Sequence record: SRR22947727_966 | Length of the DNA: 55,526 nucleotides | Strand: one strand, 5' to 3' | In this document: positions 1 through 13,098 of the stretch, in pieces | Numbering within the stretch: the stretch's first letter is position 1 | How the letters are laid out: the number at the start of each line of letters is the position of its first letter | Translations under genes and position numbers: made by a program | Notes under the pieces: generated by a model | The model's input: only the letters and a program-made list of their open reading frames with translations | What the model was told of the DNA's origin: nothing | Databases searched by the model: none

Positions 1-37
1 GGCTTGGCGGCTGGGTTATGCAGAGGTCTTCGCCTGG

Positions 38-1702
38 TTACGACAAACGGCTGATCACAACCGTGACTTCTGGCTTTTTGCCGATCTCAGACTGCGCTGA
101 CTGCCGTGCAATACGGCGCAGCTCGTCTTCGAGTTTCTTATCATCACCCAATGTTTTGCGACCCGCACGCATCATGAATTGGTTCAAGTCTTCTTCCAGA
201 ACTTCGGCCAGGCCAGCGCGGCTGCTGCCTATTTCTGGGAGGCCCTTGATTTCACACCAAGGTTCACCCAATGGACCGTCATCATCCAAAATCACACTCA
301 CCATCACATGACCATTGAGCGACATGCGAATACGGTCACGCACCACGCCATCCAAAGCGCCGATTTGCACAGATCCATCAATATAGGTGCGACCCGTCTC
401 AACAAATTCCTCAACTTTCGGTGCATTGCCTGACAGGTTGATCACCATACCATTGACCGCCACAACCGATTGTATCCCCTTCGCCTTAGCCAAATTCGCA
501 TGTGCGCGCAGATGGCGGTGTTCGCCATGCATTGGCACCAAGATCTGCGGCTGCATCAACGCATGCATTACCTCAAGATCCGGGCGGTTGGCATGGCCCG
601 ATACGTGATAAGCGCCAGTGGAATCATCCACGACGTCCACGCCGATTTCAGACAGTTGGTTGATGATCTTGATCACACCACGCTCGTTGCCCGGAATGGT
701 TTTTGACGAAAAGAGGAATAAATCCCCTTCTTTCAGCTTGTGCCCCCGATATTTGCCATTGGCCAATTGCGCTGAGGCTGCACGCCGCTCGCCTTGGCTG
801 CCCGTGACCAAGAACATCAGATTGCCACGCGGCACATCCAAAGCTTCCTCTGGGCTAATCACCGGGGGGAAATCTGATAAAACGCCCGTTTCAAGCGCCG
901 CCTCGACCATTTTGTTCATAGCCCGCCCCATCAGACAGACCGAACGCCCGGCACGGCGGGCCGCCTCTGCCAAGGTTTTGACCCTTGCGACATTGCTGGC
1001 AAAGGTGGTGGCCACCACCAATTGATCGGCCGATGCCACCAATTGTGTGATATTGTCGCCCAAAGTTGCCTCAGACCGTCCCGGCGCCAAAGAGAACACA
1101 TTGGTACTATCACAGATCAAAGCCTTGACGCCTGGTTTGGCAATCTCGCCCCAAAGGACAGGATCCCAACCTTCACCAACCAAAGGTGTCTCGTCCAATT
1201 TGAAATCGCCCGTATGCACAACGCGCCCCTCTGGCGTGTCGATCACCAGACCCGAACTTTCAGGAATAGAATGGCTAATCGGCAGGAACCCCACCTTAAA
1301 CGGCCCCAATGCCACTTGATCTGGCCAAGCGCTCATGACTGTCACCGCATTGGCGGCAACCCCATGCTCTTCCAGCTTGCGCCTGGCAATATTGGCGGTG
1401 AATGCGCGGGTGTAGATGGGCGCACCCAGACGCGCATAGGTATGGCCAACAGCGCCCACATGGTCTTCATGTGCATGGGTGATAAACACGCCATCAATGC
1501 GGTCTTTGCGCGCCTCAAGCCAGGCAATATCCGGAATGATCAAATCAACCCCGGGTGAGTTGTCCATATCTGGAAACGTCACACCGAGATCAACGACAAT
1601 CAGGCGCTCTTTATCGCGCGGTCCGTACCCGTAGACATAACAATTCATTCCCACCTCTCCGGCGCCGCCGAGAGGGAGATACATTAAACGTTTTTGGCTC
1701 AT
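38..1702 (-). CDS. rnj: Ribonuclease J
   Basis: Metallo-beta-lactamase/beta-CASP motifs PLGGxGEVGMN, THAHEDHVG, HSIPE, HTGDFK, HVSGH, PMHGE; ATG at 1702 overlaps the coaX stop (TGATG). Confidence 0.96.
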   Translation of the reverse strand: MSQKRLMYLPLGGAGEVGMNCYVYGYGPRDKERLIVVDLGVTFPDMDNSPGVDLIIPDIAWLEARKDRIDGVFITHAHEDHVGAVGHTYARLGAPIYTRAFTANIARRKLEEHGVAANAVTVMSAWPDQVALGPFKVGFLPISHSIPESSGLVIDTPEGRVVHTGDFKLDETPLVGEGWDPVLWGEIAKPGVKALICDSTNVFSLAPGRSEATLGDNITQLVASADQLVVATTFASNVARVKTLAEAARRAGRSVCLMGRAMNKMVEAALETGVLSDFPPVISPEEALDVPRGNLMFLVTGSQGERRAASAQLANGKYRGHKLKEGDLFLFSSKTIPGNERGVIKIINQLSEIGVDVVDDSTGAYHVSGHANRPDLEVMHALMQPQILVPMHGEHRHLRAHANLAKAKGIQSVVAVNGMVINLSGNAPKVEEFVETGRTYIDGSVQIGALDGVVRDRIRMSLNGHVMVSVILDDDGPLGEPWCEIKGLPEIGSSRAGLAEVLEEDLNQFMMRAGRKTLGDDKKLEDELRRIARQSAQSEIGKKPEVTVVISRLS

Positions 1703-2472
1703 CAAATTTCCTTATTGAATTGATGGATCACGGTGAGACCGTGCATTGTAAGCTCATCTTCGAACGCGTCGAACAAATGAACTGATTGTTGGAACAGTGG
1801 CGCAAGGCCACCGGTAGAGATGACTTTCATCGGCTTGCCATGTTCAGCTTTGATCTGGTCACAGATTTCCCGCACAAGACCAACATAGCCCCAGAACACG
1901 CCCGATTGCATGCAGGCCACTGTATTGGTGCCAATCACCGATGAAGGCCTTGAAATATCCACATGTGGCAAAGCGGCCGCCGCTTGGTGCAATGCTTCAA
2001 GGCTGAGGTTCACCCCCGGCGCAATAGAGCCGCCGATATAGGCGCCATCGCTGTCGACCACATCAAAGGTGGTGGCTGTGCCAAAATCTACGATGATGAG
2101 ATCCCCACCAAACAGATCATGTCCCGCGACGGAATTGACCAACCGATCCGGCCCGACCGCCGTGCCGGCATCGACACGCACATCAATCGGAAGCTGGCAA
2201 TCCGTGCGCCCCACCACCAGCGGCCGCGTGCCAAAATATTTATCCGCCAGAACCCTGAGGTTAAACACCACCCGCGGCACTGTCGACGAAATCACCATCT
2301 CATCGATGTCGCTGGCTATGCCATCTAGGGTCATTAAGGTATTGAGCCAGACAAAATACTGGTCCGCTGTGCGTTTATGAGAGGTGGCAATCCGCCAGTT
2401 GGCGATAAACTGCGTGCCATCCCAAATAGAGAACACTGTATTGGTATTTCCGCAGTCAATCGCGAGTAGCAT
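1702..2472 (-). CDS. coaX: Type III pantothenate kinase
   Basis: LAIDCGNTN, GPDR, VDFGTATT, GGSIAPG and TGG motifs; birA-coaX-rnj order. Confidence 0.95.
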   Translation of the reverse strand: MLLAIDCGNTNTVFSIWDGTQFIANWRIATSHKRTADQYFVWLNTLMTLDGIASDIDEMVISSTVPRVVFNLRVLADKYFGTRPLVVGRTDCQLPIDVRVDAGTAVGPDRLVNSVAGHDLFGGDLIIVDFGTATTFDVVDSDGAYIGGSIAPGVNLSLEALHQAAAALPHVDISRPSSVIGTNTVACMQSGVFWGYVGLVREICDQIKAEHGKPMKVISTGGLAPLFQQSVHLFDAFEDELTMHGLTVIHQFNKEI

Positions 2473-2483
2473 CTGGATAGGCC

Positions 2484-3227
2484 CTAAAAATAGATATCAG
2501 CGGCTGGTATGACCCTCTTGCCGCCTGCCGTCAACAGCAGCAAATTGCCCTGCACATCTAGCCCCTCAAAGCGGCCGATGATCTCCTCTCGCCCTGTGCG
2601 TGCGGTGATTTCTTCACCCAAACGGGCCGCGTGCGCGGTCCATTCGGCGCGAATCTCAGCAAAGCCTTGCTGCTGCAAAATCGCCTCGACCGCTGCAAAT
2701 TCTGCCGCAAGGATTGCAAGAAAGGCTTCGGGCGCAAGGCTTTCGCCGGTCACATCCGCCACGCCGATTGGCGGGAAACTGGCTTGTGCAACATCTTGAG
2801 ATGCAGGCCCGAGGTTCACACCGATCCCAATGGTCAAACGGTCCACCAGCTGGCCAGACCCAGAGGATTCAAGCAAGATCCCAGCCACTTTCCCACCATT
2901 GAGCAAAACATCATTTGGCCATTTCTGAGCCAAGGCCCCCGCGCCCACCAGGCTGGACAAGGCACGCCGCAAGGCGCAGGCAGCCACGAAGGAGCGTTGC
3001 GCGGCCTCTGCGGGGTTGCAACGGGGCTGCATGACCAAACTGGCCGCAAAGGCCCCAGCGGGACATAACCAACTGCGTCCCTGCCGTCCCCGGGCTTTGC
3101 TCTGTGTGCCAGCCAAAATCCAATGCGGAAAACCCTGCGCCCCATCATAACTGCGGGCCAAATCCATTGTGGATCCAGCCCGCGCATGAAAACTGGCGCT
3201 GACGCCAGAGGGCAACTTAATTTGCAA
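2484..3227 (-). CDS. birA: Biotin-protein ligase (no N-terminal HTH)
   Basis: [34 protein letters not shown]; probable TTG start at 3227 after GGAG, overlapping the end of nuoN. Confidence 0.92.
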   Translation of the reverse strand: MQIKLPSGVSASFHARAGSTMDLARSYDGAQGFPHWILAGTQSKARGRQGRSWLCPAGAFAASLVMQPRCNPAEAAQRSFVAACALRRALSSLVGAGALAQKWPNDVLLNGGKVAGILLESSGSGQLVDRLTIGIGVNLGPASQDVAQASFPPIGVADVTGESLAPEAFLAILAAEFAAVEAILQQQGFAEIRAEWTAHAARLGEEITARTGREEIIGRFEGLDVQGNLLLLTAGGKRVIPAADIYF

Positions 3228-4659
3228 GAGACTCCGCCGCCAATTGCGCCAATGGCTCAATGCCAAACAGGCTAAAGGCCGCACCGACAGTGATCACAGC
3301 GGTGGAGGCCACCAAAATCACAGTCAGCCTACGCGGCGTTTGCGTATCAAGTGGCTCACTTTCCGCGCCAAAATACATGAAATACACGATGCGGATGTAG
3401 TAATAGGCGCCAATCACAGAGGCCACGACCCCGGCTATCGCGAGCCAGGCCATATTGGCCTCATAGGCGGCGCGCAGCACATAGAATTTGCCAAAGAACC
3501 CAACCATCGGGGGAACCCCAGCCATAGAGAACATGATGAATACGACACAGAGCGCTCTTAAAGGTTGGTATTTTGACAGCATGCTGAGGGAGGCAATATC
3601 ACTCACAGGCCGGCCGTCACGCTCCATAGAGAGGATGAGGGCGAACATGCCGATGTTCATGGAGATATAAATCGCCATATAGATTAGCATGGCTTGTACG
3701 CCGAACACGGTGCCCGCGGCCAACCCCATCAAAGCAAACCCCATATGCGCGATTGAGGAATAGGCCATCAGACGTTTGATGTCTTTTTGCCCAATCGCCG
3801 CCACAGCACCAAGGAACATAGAAAACAGCGACAGAACCGCCACAACCTGTTGCCAATCTGCAGTTACGCCGCCGAATGCATCATTCACGACACGGGCAAA
3901 TAGCCCCATGGCCGCCATCTTTGGCGCCGTGGCAAAAAAGGCGGTGACAGGGGTTGGCGCCCCTTCATAGACATCTGGCGCCCACATGTGGAATGGTGCG
4001 GCGGAAACCTTAAAGCCCATGCCAGCGATCACAAAGACCAGGCCCAGGAGCAAGCCGATGGACAGATCCCCACCGCTTGTTGCGGCCATAATCCCAGAAA
4101 ATTCAACCGTTCCGGCAAACCCATAGACCAAAGAGGTACCATAGAGCAGGAGACCAGAGGACAAAGCCCCCAGCACAAAATATTTCAACCCGGCTTCGGT
4201 GGATTTGGCACTGTCTCGTCGGAAGGCCGCGATCACATAGAGGGCCAAAGACTGCAGCTCTAACCCCATATAGAGGGTCAAAAGGCTGCCAGCGGAGACC
4301 ATCACCATCATGCCCACAACCGAAAGCGCCACCAAAAGGGGATATTCGAACTTCAACATATCATGCTTGGCCGCGTAATCTTGGCCCATCACCAGAACAA
4401 AAGCCGCGGACAGTAAGATCACAATCTTGCAAAATCGCGCAAAACTGTCATCCATGAACATCCCGCCAAAGGAGGCCGTGCCGGTTGGCGTGCCCATCGC
4501 CAAGATCAGCGCCAGAAACAAAAACGCACCGCTGGTCAACCAAATCGAGAGCACGGCATGGCGATCCTTGCCCGTATAAACGAAAACAACCAAAGCCAGC
4601 ATCGCATAGAGCGACAGAAGAACCTCAGGTAGAACAGTCGTGAAATCTGAAGCGATCAT
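3217..4659 (-). CDS. nuoN: NADH-quinone oxidoreductase subunit N
   Basis: [41 protein letters not shown]; last nuo gene. Confidence 0.97.
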   Translation of the reverse strand: MIASDFTTVLPEVLLSLYAMLALVVFVYTGKDRHAVLSIWLTSGAFLFLALILAMGTPTGTASFGGMFMDDSFARFCKIVILLSAAFVLVMGQDYAAKHDMLKFEYPLLVALSVVGMMVMVSAGSLLTLYMGLELQSLALYVIAAFRRDSAKSTEAGLKYFVLGALSSGLLLYGTSLVYGFAGTVEFSGIMAATSGGDLSIGLLLGLVFVIAGMGFKVSAAPFHMWAPDVYEGAPTPVTAFFATAPKMAAMGLFARVVNDAFGGVTADWQQVVAVLSLFSMFLGAVAAIGQKDIKRLMAYSSIAHMGFALMGLAAGTVFGVQAMLIYMAIYISMNIGMFALILSMERDGRPVSDIASLSMLSKYQPLRALCVVFIMFSMAGVPPMVGFFGKFYVLRAAYEANMAWLAIAGVVASVIGAYYYIRIVYFMYFGAESEPLDTQTPRRLTVILVASTAVITVGAAFSLFGIEPLAQLAAESLAN

Positions 4660-4675
4660 GTTCCAAAATTCCCCT

Positions 4676-6226
4676 TTAATGGGACGCAGTGGATGCGGCC
4701 GAACTCACAATGCCGTGAGCGGCCACATTGCTGTGATAGGTTTCAACCAAAGCCGCAACCGACGGCCCAATGATGTCAAGGATGAGCGCGGGATAAACGC
4801 CCAGGATCAGCGTCATCGCCACGAGCGGGGCAAAGATCATCTTCTCACGCGGTGCCATATCGGTAATGGATTTCAAGCTTTCCTTGATCAAATCCCCCAA
4901 AACCACGCGGCGATACAGCCACAAAGCATAGGCGGCCGATAGGATCACACCAGAGGCCGCGAAGAGCGCCACCCAAGTATTGACTTGAAAGATCCCCATC
5001 AAGGTGAGGAATTCACCGACAAATCCCGATGTGCCCGGCAAGCCAACATTGGCCATGGTGAAGAACATGAAGATCAATGCATAGCTCGGCATCCGATTTA
5101 CGAGGCCGCCATAGGCGTCAATGTCGCGGGTGTGCATCCGGTCATAAATCACCCCAACACAGAGAAACAAAGCGCCAGAGATAAACCCATGGCTCAGCAT
5201 CTGGAATATCGCGCCATCAATCCCTTGCTGATTGGCCGCAAATATTCCCATGGTGACATATCCCATATGCGCCACCGAGGAATAGGCGATCAGCTTTTTC
5301 ATATCCTGCTGCGCCAGGGCGACCAATGACGTGTAGACAATCGCAATCGCCGACATCCAAAACACCAAAGGCGCCAGCAGGTCAGAGGCCACAGGGAACA
5401 TCGGCAATGAGAACCGCAGAAATCCATAGCCGCCCATTTTCAGCAAAATTGCCGCGAGCACCACAGAGCCGGCCGTCGGCGCTTGCACATGGGCATCTGG
5501 CAACCAAGTGTGCACCGGCCACATCGGCATTTTCACCGCGAATGAGGCAAAGAAGGCCAACCACATCAGCGTCTGCGCCCCGCCAATAATGTGAAACCCT
5601 GCCACAGTCAGCGTGTCTGATCCAAAATTATGGCTCAAAAGCACCACCATATCCGTGGTCCCGGCATCAGCAAACATGGCCACCATGGCCACCAGCATTA
5701 AAACCGAGCCCAAAAACGTGTAGAGAAAGAACTTGAACGACGCATAGATCCGCTCTTTGCCACCCCAAATCCCAATGATCAAAAACATTGGGATCAAACA
5801 GGCTTCAAAGAACATGTAAAACAGCACCAGATCTAAGGCGCAGAACACCCCGATCATCAAGCTTTCAAGCACCAAAAAGGCGATCATATACTCTTTGAGA
5901 CGATGCGTGACATTCCATGAGGCTGCAACGACCAGGGGCATTGTGAATGTCGTCAGCAAAACGAACAACAGGCTTATCCCATCAACCCCCATCTTATACT
6001 GCATGCCCAAAAGCCAGCTGCGCTCTTCAACAAATTGAAAGCCTGTATCATTTGGCTCAAAACCCGACAGCAGCATGAGGGAGGCCAGAAAGGTGAACCC
6101 TGTCGCGGCCAGCGCCAGATATTTCACATTTCTTTGCGAGGCCTCACCATCCCCACGGGCCAAAAGCGCCAAAATGACCGCTGCGACCAAAGGAATGAAT
6201 GTAATTAGGCTAAGAAGGTTGCTCAT
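4676..6226 (-). CDS. nuoM: NADH-quinone oxidoreductase subunit M
   Basis: [42 protein letters not shown]. Confidence 0.97.
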   Translation of the reverse strand: MSNLLSLITFIPLVAAVILALLARGDGEASQRNVKYLALAATGFTFLASLMLLSGFEPNDTGFQFVEERSWLLGMQYKMGVDGISLLFVLLTTFTMPLVVAASWNVTHRLKEYMIAFLVLESLMIGVFCALDLVLFYMFFEACLIPMFLIIGIWGGKERIYASFKFFLYTFLGSVLMLVAMVAMFADAGTTDMVVLLSHNFGSDTLTVAGFHIIGGAQTLMWLAFFASFAVKMPMWPVHTWLPDAHVQAPTAGSVVLAAILLKMGGYGFLRFSLPMFPVASDLLAPLVFWMSAIAIVYTSLVALAQQDMKKLIAYSSVAHMGYVTMGIFAANQQGIDGAIFQMLSHGFISGALFLCVGVIYDRMHTRDIDAYGGLVNRMPSYALIFMFFTMANVGLPGTSGFVGEFLTLMGIFQVNTWVALFAASGVILSAAYALWLYRRVVLGDLIKESLKSITDMAPREKMIFAPLVAMTLILGVYPALILDIIGPSVAALVETYHSNVAAHGIVSSAASTASH

Positions 6227-8346
6227 TATTTACCTCCCGCGATGGTCACCCAGGTGACCAAGGCTGCGATTCCGATCACCATGCCAAAAGCATAGGTGAA
6301 GATATAACCCGACTGCATGCGGCCGGCCCATTTGGTGAAGAAGGGGATGATCCCCATGGCCAGACCGTTGATGCCACCATCAATGATTTTGCCATCTCCA
6401 ACCTTCCAAAGGGTCCGCCCCAGCCATTGCGCCGGGCGCAGGAATATCACATCGTAGATTTCATCAAAATACCATTTGTTCAGTAGGAAGCGGTAGAGCA
6501 CCGGATTGCTCTCAGCCACCCGACGCGGCAGGTCCAGCTTGGTCATGTAAAATGCCCAAGCCCCTGCAAAGCCTAGGACCATAGCGATAAATGGGGACAA
6601 TTTGACCAACCAATGGACCTGATGCGCATCGTCCAGCACAGTGTTACTGGGCGCCATATAGATCGCCCCCCGACCCAGCTTGTCCTCCGCGCCATCATCC
6701 CCTGCGCCGTGATGACCGGCCGCATCATCGGTCTCTGCGCTGGCTGTGGCGGCATGGGCGGGCGCAATCAGGCTAAATCCACCCTGAGCATGACCCTCAT
6801 CATGGCCAGCATTTGCCTCAACAATGCCAAAGAAAACTTCCACTTTATGGTGGTCCCCAAAAAACGGCTTGTAAAAGACCATGCCTGAGAAAATCGCTCC
6901 AACCGCCAGCACCGCAAGCGGCACCAGCATGACCTTTGGGCTTTCATGGGCGTGCTCATGGGTGTGTTTGTCGCCCCGCGCCGCGCCGAAGAAGGTCAAG
7001 AACATCAAGCGCCAGCTGTAAAAACTGGTGAACATCGCCGCGATAACCAACATCCAGAAGGCATAACCTCCCATTGTCCCCGCATAGGCACTCTCAATCA
7101 CCGCATCTTTCGACAGGAAGCCGGCAAAGCCGTAGTGCGTGAGGGGGATACCAACACCCGTAATCGCCAGCGTGCCGATCATCATAGCCCAGAAAGTATA
7201 GGGCAGTTTTTTGCGCAAACCGCCGTAATTGCGCATATCTTGCTCGTGATGCATCCCGTGAATAACCGAGCCTGCACCCAAAAATAGCATCGCCTTAAAG
7301 AAGGCGTGGGTCAAAAGATGGAACATTGCCACGGAATAGACCCCAAGCCCGGCCGCCACGAACATATATCCCAGCTGCGAGCAGGTTGAATAAGCAATCA
7401 CCCGTTTAATGTCATTTTGCACAAGTCCAACGGTCGCCGCAAAGAAGGCCGTCGAAGCGCCCAGGAAGACGATGAAATTCATCGTATCAGGTGCAAATTC
7501 CATAATCGGAGACATGCGGCACACCAAAAAGACACCCGCAGTGACCATAGTGGCTGCATGGATCAATGCGGACACAGGGGTCGGGCCTTCCATCGCGTCC
7601 GGCAACCAAGTGTGCAAGATCAACTGCGCCGATTTGCCCATTGCGCCGACGAACAGCAAGAAGGCAATCAAATTCGCCGCATTCCAATCGCGCCAAAGAA
7701 AGTGCAACTCCATCGTGGCCAGTTGTGGACCGATCAAAAAGATATCCTCAAACTTGATGCTATCGGCTACGAGATAAAGGCCAAAGATACCCAGCAAAAA
7801 TCCGAAATCGCCAACCCGGTTAACCACAAAGGCTTTGATTGCCGCCGCCCCTGCGCTTTGTTTGCGGATGTAGAACCCAATCAGCAAATAAGAGGCCACG
7901 CCCACCCCTTCCCAGCCAAAGAACAGCTGCAACAGGTTGTCAGAGGTCACCAGCATCAACATGGCAAATGTGAAAAACGATAGATAGGCAAAGAACCTTG
8001 GACGATAGCTTTCTCCGTCCCGGAAATGATCATCATGGGCCATATAGCCCATGGAATAAAGATGCACCAAGGCCGAGACGGTGGTGATCACAATCAACAT
8101 AATCGTCGTCAGGCGGTCCATGCGAATGGCCCAATCGGTCGACAAGGTGCCGCTCTCAATCCAGCGCAGAATATGGATACTTTCGGTCTGCCCATCAAAG
8201 CTGAGAAACAGCACCCACGACAAAAGCGCCGAGAGAAACAACAGCGCGGTGGTCAAGACCTGCGCCGCCTTATCGCCAATAACCCCGTGACCGAAGCCTG
8301 CAATCAGAGCCCCCACCAATGGGGCAAAAAGGAGTATAGTTTCCAT
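6226..8346 (-). CDS. nuoL: NADH-quinone oxidoreductase subunit L
   Basis: [49 protein letters not shown]. Confidence 0.97.
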   Translation of the reverse strand: METILLFAPLVGALIAGFGHGVIGDKAAQVLTTALLFLSALLSWVLFLSFDGQTESIHILRWIESGTLSTDWAIRMDRLTTIMLIVITTVSALVHLYSMGYMAHDDHFRDGESYRPRFFAYLSFFTFAMLMLVTSDNLLQLFFGWEGVGVASYLLIGFYIRKQSAGAAAIKAFVVNRVGDFGFLLGIFGLYLVADSIKFEDIFLIGPQLATMELHFLWRDWNAANLIAFLLFVGAMGKSAQLILHTWLPDAMEGPTPVSALIHAATMVTAGVFLVCRMSPIMEFAPDTMNFIVFLGASTAFFAATVGLVQNDIKRVIAYSTCSQLGYMFVAAGLGVYSVAMFHLLTHAFFKAMLFLGAGSVIHGMHHEQDMRNYGGLRKKLPYTFWAMMIGTLAITGVGIPLTHYGFAGFLSKDAVIESAYAGTMGGYAFWMLVIAAMFTSFYSWRLMFLTFFGAARGDKHTHEHAHESPKVMLVPLAVLAVGAIFSGMVFYKPFFGDHHKVEVFFGIVEANAGHDEGHAQGGFSLIAPAHAATASAETDDAAGHHGAGDDGAEDKLGRGAIYMAPSNTVLDDAHQVHWLVKLSPFIAMVLGFAGAWAFYMTKLDLPRRVAESNPVLYRFLLNKWYFDEIYDVIFLRPAQWLGRTLWKVGDGKIIDGGINGLAMGIIPFFTKWAGRMQSGYIFTYAFGMVIGIAALVTWVTIAGGK

Positions 8347-8352
8347 AACGCC

Positions 8353-8658
8353 TTACCCTTTCATTACGTTGACGTCTTCAACGTCAATCGAGCCTTTGTT
8401 ACGGAAGAAACACACCAAAATCGCCAAGCCGATTGCAGCTTCGGCCGCTGCCACGGTCAATACAAAGAGCGTGAAAATCTGCCCAACATAGTCGCCAAGA
8501 AAGGCCGAAAAGGCGACGAAGTTGATATTCACGCTCAGCAGCATCAATTCGATACTCATCAACAAAATAATGATATTTTTGCGATTCAGAAACAGTCCAA
8601 AGATGCCAATCACAAACAGGGCCGCCGCAACGGCCAGATAATGTTCAAGTCCGATCAT
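8353..8658 (-). CDS. nuoK: NADH-quinone oxidoreductase subunit K
   Basis: 101 aa, three TM segments, LMSIELML and [12 protein letters not shown]. Confidence 0.97.
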   Translation of the reverse strand: MIGLEHYLAVAAALFVIGIFGLFLNRKNIIILLMSIELMLLSVNINFVAFSAFLGDYVGQIFTLFVLTVAAAEAAIGLAILVCFFRNKGSIDVEDVNVMKG

Positions 8659-9260
8659 AGTCCCTGCCCCGGTTTTACATCTTTCAATTCCATAGCTTTG
8701 GCTGGATCACGCATCATCTGCGCAATCACGTCCTGACGCTTGACGTCCACCCGGTGGCGCAGAGTGAGCACAATCGCCCCAATCATGGCCACCAAGAGCA
8801 CCAAGCCGGCCAGTTGGAAAATTAAAATATAGTCATCATAAAGAATGGCACCCAGCTCGCCGGTGTTGGTGCCGGCGCCGAATTCAGCGGCCAAGCGCCC
8901 CTCGTATCCGGCCGAATAGTCCCAAACCCCGAAGGCGAACATCAACTGCATGAGGACAATCACGCCAATCACCAACCCAAGAGGCAGATATTTTGCCATC
9001 TCTGCTTTCAGTTCAGCAAAATCCACATCAAGCATCATCACAACAAAGAGGAATAAGACCGCCACGGCGCCGACATAGACGATGATCAGCAGCATGGCCA
9101 CAAACTCGGCCCCCAACAGGACAAAAAGGCCCGCCACCGAGAGAAAAGCCAAAATCAGCCACAAAACCGAATGCACCGGGTTGCGCGCCACGACTGTGAA
9201 AATGCCCCCGATCAAAGTGGACATTGAAAATGCGTAAAACGCGAGTTCCGCGATACCCAT
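8655..9260 (-). CDS. nuoJ: NADH-quinone oxidoreductase subunit J
   Basis: [34 protein letters not shown]; start moved to ATG 9260 (MGIAEL). Confidence 0.95.
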   Translation of the reverse strand: MGIAELAFYAFSMSTLIGGIFTVVARNPVHSVLWLILAFLSVAGLFVLLGAEFVAMLLIIVYVGAVAVLFLFVVMMLDVDFAELKAEMAKYLPLGLVIGVIVLMQLMFAFGVWDYSAGYEGRLAAEFGAGTNTGELGAILYDDYILIFQLAGLVLLVAMIGAIVLTLRHRVDVKRQDVIAQMMRDPAKAMELKDVKPGQGL

Positions 9261-9282
9261 CGTAATTCCTTCCCTTGGCCGC

Positions 9283-9777
9283 TTAGCGATATGGCGCGTC
9301 GAGTTCGAGATTGCGGGCAATCTCAGCTTCCCAACGGTCGCCATTTTCTAGCAGTTTGGATTTGTCGTAAAATAACTCTTCACGCGTCTCAGTTGAAAAT
9401 TCGAAATTCGGCCCTTCAACAATCGCATCCACCGGGCAGGCCTCTTGGCAAAAGCCACAGTAGATGCATTTGGTCATATCGATATCATAACGGGTGGTGC
9501 GGCGGCTGCCGTCATCGCGCGGCTCGGCGTCAATGGTGATGGCCTGCGCCGGGCAAATCGCTTCGCAAAGCTTACAGGCAATACAGCGTTCTTCCCCATT
9601 CGGGTAGCGGCGCAAAGCATGTTCACCGCGGAACCTTGGGCTCAAGGGTCCTTTTTCATGCGGGTAGTTCAAAGTCGCCTTAGGCCGGAAAAAATATTTC
9701 ATACCCAATTTGAACGCAGCCCAAAAATCTTGCAGTAAGAAATATTTGACCCGACGTGTATAATCAATATTTGCCAT
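9283..9777 (-). CDS. nuoI: NADH-quinone oxidoreductase subunit I
   Basis: Two 4Fe-4S motifs [12 protein letters not shown] and [12 protein letters not shown]; start moved to ATG 9777. Confidence 0.97.
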   Translation of the reverse strand: MANIDYTRRVKYFLLQDFWAAFKLGMKYFFRPKATLNYPHEKGPLSPRFRGEHALRRYPNGEERCIACKLCEAICPAQAITIDAEPRDDGSRRTTRYDIDMTKCIYCGFCQEACPVDAIVEGPNFEFSTETREELFYDKSKLLENGDRWEAEIARNLELDAPYR

Positions 9778-9781
9778 TGGT

Positions 9782-10819
9782 TTAGCCTCCCACTGTCCAG
9801 CGGGCATAGACGCCCCAGAACCAACCGAATTTCGCTGCAAAGGCCACAAAGACCACCCAGACCAAGGAGAAGGGCAGAAATACTTTCCAGCCCAAACGCA
9901 TCAGCTGATCGTAGCGATACCGCGGTACCAAGGCTTTGACCATGGCAATCAGGAAAAAGAAGATTGCCATTTTCCCGACCATCCAGACCGGACCATCGGC
10001 AATGAAAGGCACAGGCGAGGCCCACCCCCCGAAGAACAACAGGGTGATCAAAGCACACATCAAGAATATCGCGATATATTCACCGGCCATGAAGAGCAAA
10101 AAAGGCGTTGACGAATATTCAACCTGATACCCCGCCACAAGCTCCGACTCTGCCTCAGGCAAATCGAAGGGCGGGCGATTGGTTTCTGCCAAGGCGCTGA
10201 TGAAAAACAAAAAAACCATGGGGAAATGCGGGATGAAATACCAATTGAAAAAGCCCAAATCGCCATTTTGCGCTGCAACAATTGCGCCAAAATTCATCGA
10301 TCCGGTCGAAATAATCACTCCAATGATGATCAACCCCATCGAGACTTCATAGGAAATCATCTGCGCTGCAGAGCGCAGGGAGCCGAGAAAGGGATATTTC
10401 GAGTTGGAGGCCCAACCGCCCATAATCACCCCATAAACTTCGAGCGAAGACACTGCGAAAACAAAGAGCAAGGCCACGTTGATATCGGCCAAAACCCAGG
10501 TCGCGTTGAAGGGGATAACGGCCCAAGCCAACATCGCCAAAACAAAGGACACAAGCGGCGCCAATATAAAGACAGGACGATCTGCGCCCGCAGGAATCAC
10601 AATTTCCTTAACCACATATTTCAAGGCATCGGCCACGGTCTGCAGCAGGCCAAACAAACCCACCACATTTGGCCCACGCCGCATCTGAACCGCAGCCCAG
10701 ATTTTCCGGTCGCCATAGACCAAAAACAGCAAGCTGATCATCACAAAACCAACCACCGCAAGGGTTTGGCCCAAAAGGATCACTGCGACCCCGAGGTTTG
10801 TGGAAAAGAATTCGTTCAT
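9782..10819 (-). CDS. nuoH: NADH-quinone oxidoreductase subunit H
   Basis: [46 protein letters not shown]. Confidence 0.97.
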   Translation of the reverse strand: MNEFFSTNLGVAVILLGQTLAVVGFVMISLLFLVYGDRKIWAAVQMRRGPNVVGLFGLLQTVADALKYVVKEIVIPAGADRPVFILAPLVSFVLAMLAWAVIPFNATWVLADINVALLFVFAVSSLEVYGVIMGGWASNSKYPFLGSLRSAAQMISYEVSMGLIIIGVIISTGSMNFGAIVAAQNGDLGFFNWYFIPHFPMVFLFFISALAETNRPPFDLPEAESELVAGYQVEYSSTPFLLFMAGEYIAIFLMCALITLLFFGGWASPVPFIADGPVWMVGKMAIFFFLIAMVKALVPRYRYDQLMRLGWKVFLPFSLVWVVFVAFAAKFGWFWGVYARWTVGG

Positions 10820-11073
10820 ACCTTTGGTATCCCTCGTTCCTTGCGTTCAGCAGTGCTGATTTTCGCCTGAATATCGGCCGAGATATCAGCCGGGTCATAT
10901 GTTGGGCTGTAAACCGTATCTTGGGTAAAAATACCAGCCTTCGCTGCATGGTTTTTCGATGAAATCACCGCTCTGTACGCCGCAAGCCCGCTGCAGCGCC
11001 CGTGACCTTGCAAAGTCCCGCTAAACTCCGGTGCGCGACAGCTGTCCAAACGATCCATCAAAACCAAACCCAT
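10816..11073 (-). CDS. Hypothetical 85-aa protein filling the nuoG-nuoH gap
   Basis: ATG 4 nt after the nuoG stop; TGA overlaps the nuoH ATG (ATGA); no recognised motif. Confidence 0.45.
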   Translation of the reverse strand: MGLVLMDRLDSCRAPEFSGTLQGHGRCSGLAAYRAVISSKNHAAKAGIFTQDTVYSPTYDPADISADIQAKISTAERKERGIPKV

Positions 11074-11077
11074 AAAA

Positions 11078-13096
11078 TTATTCCGCCGCAAGAGACGCAG
11101 AATTGCGCGCTTTGGCATTGGCAGATAGTTCCGCCATCAAGGCACTGGCCCGGGCGATCGGATTGCTGAGGTAATAATCGCTTATCGCCTGTCCAAACGC
11201 ACCCTTGCCCATTTTTCCGCCCGACACCGCCTGCCATTCATTTTCTGGCACACCATCAATCGCCGCCAGATGGGGGACAGCTGCAATCATCTCATTGCGC
11301 AGCTGTGCCAAAGTATCAAAGGGCAAGGTCGCGCCCAATTCAGCAGACAGCGCCCGCAGAATGGCCCAGTTTTCCTTGGCTTCACCCGGTGCAAAGCCAG
11401 AGCGCTGCGCCAATTGTGGCCGCCCTTCAGTGTTGACAAAAATACCATTTTCTTCCGTGTAGGCCGCGCCCGGCAGGATCACATCGGCCCGATGCGCCCC
11501 TCTATCGCCGTGACTGCCTTGATAAATCACAAAGGCCCCGGGCGCGATGTCCATTTCATCCTCCCCCAGATTATAGATGACCTCAGCGCCTTCAACGGCG
11601 GCGGCAAGACCCCCTTCGGTGGTGCATCCCAAATCCATCGCACCAACGCGTGCCGCTGCTGTGTGCAGGATCAGCAATTTGCTGTCAGTTTTTTCGCAAA
11701 GCTCCATCGTGGCCGCCAGAACCGCCGCGCCATCCTCGCCTTGCAAAGCCGCCTGCCCCAGAACCACCACGGAGGGCTGCTCCAGAACAGCTTTATAATC
11801 TTTCTTAAGCAAGGCCTGCAGATCCGCACGCCCCGTGCCAACATGCACATAGTCATAGGTCAGATCCACTGGCTCACCAATCAAACCAATTGTGGCGCCA
11901 CGGCTCCAAGCCTTGCGGATACGGGCATTCAGAACCGGCGCTTCCATCTTCGGGTTGGTGCCAATCAACTGGATCATCTGCGCAGTTTCGAGATCCTCGA
12001 TGCGTGCAGTGCCGACATAGCCGCTCCGATTGCCCATCGGTAATTGCGCCCCATCTGTCCGGCACTCAATTTTTCCACCGAGCCCAGCTATGACCTGCTG
12101 AAGCGCATAGGCTGCCTCTGTCGAGACCAGATCGCCAACCAAAGCGGTCACCTTTTTGCCAGCCATAGCCGCGGCCGCAGCTCCAAGCGCTTCCGGCCAG
12201 GTCGCGGGCCGCAGTTTGCCCGCCTCTCGAATATAGGGACGGTCCAAGCGCTGACGGCGCAAGCCATCCCAAACAAAACGCGACTTATCGGCCAGCCATT
12301 CCTCATTCACACCGTCATGGTTGCGCGGCAAAAACCGCATCACTTCACGGCCCTTTGTGTCCACGCGGATATTGGAGCCAAGTGCATCCATCACATCAAT
12401 GGAGTCGGTTTTGCTCAACTCCCAAGGACGAGCGGTAAACGCATAGGGTTTGGACACCAAAGCACCAACCGGACACAGGTCAATGATATTGCCCTGCAAA
12501 TTGCTGTCGAGCGTTTGCCCCAAATAGCTGGTAATTTCAGCATCTTCACCGCGCCCAGTTTGGCCCATCTGGGTGAGACCGGCCACTTCGGAGGTGAAGC
12601 GCACGCAGCGGGTGCAAGAAATACAACGGGTCATATGGGTCTCGACCAAGGGTCCCAAGTCCAAATCCTCTGTCGCCCTTTTGGGCTCACGGAATCGGCT
12701 GAAATCCACGCCATAGGCCATGGCTTGATCTTGCAGATCGCACTCTCCGCCCTGATCACAGATTGGACAATCCAGCGGGTGGTTGATGAGCAAAAATTCC
12801 ATCACCCCTTCGCGGGCTTTTTTCACCATCGGAGAATTGGTTTTGACAACTGGCAATTGGCCTTCTGGGCCGGGGCGCAGATCGCGGACCTGCATCGCGC
12901 AAGAGGCGGCAGGCTTCGGCGGACCACCCACGACTTCCACCAGACACATCCGGCAATTGCCAGCGATGGTCAGACGCTCATGATAACAAAACCGCGGCAC
13001 CTCAACCCCGACCTGCTCACAGGCTTGGATCAACGTCATCGCGCCGTCTACTTCGATTTCTTGATCGTCGATGATGATTTTACGCAGGTCAGACAT
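11078..13096 (-). CDS. nuoG: NADH-quinone oxidoreductase subunit G
   Basis: [44 protein letters not shown]. Confidence 0.97.
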   Translation of the reverse strand: MSDLRKIIIDDQEIEVDGAMTLIQACEQVGVEVPRFCYHERLTIAGNCRMCLVEVVGGPPKPAASCAMQVRDLRPGPEGQLPVVKTNSPMVKKAREGVMEFLLINHPLDCPICDQGGECDLQDQAMAYGVDFSRFREPKRATEDLDLGPLVETHMTRCISCTRCVRFTSEVAGLTQMGQTGRGEDAEITSYLGQTLDSNLQGNIIDLCPVGALVSKPYAFTARPWELSKTDSIDVMDALGSNIRVDTKGREVMRFLPRNHDGVNEEWLADKSRFVWDGLRRQRLDRPYIREAGKLRPATWPEALGAAAAAMAGKKVTALVGDLVSTEAAYALQQVIAGLGGKIECRTDGAQLPMGNRSGYVGTARIEDLETAQMIQLIGTNPKMEAPVLNARIRKAWSRGATIGLIGEPVDLTYDYVHVGTGRADLQALLKKDYKAVLEQPSVVVLGQAALQGEDGAAVLAATMELCEKTDSKLLILHTAAARVGAMDLGCTTEGGLAAAVEGAEVIYNLGEDEMDIAPGAFVIYQGSHGDRGAHRADVILPGAAYTEENGIFVNTEGRPQLAQRSGFAPGEAKENWAILRALSAELGATLPFDTLAQLRNEMIAAVPHLAAIDGVPENEWQAVSGGKMGKGAFGQAISDYYLSNPIARASALMAELSANAKARNSASLAAE

Positions 13097-13098
13097 AT

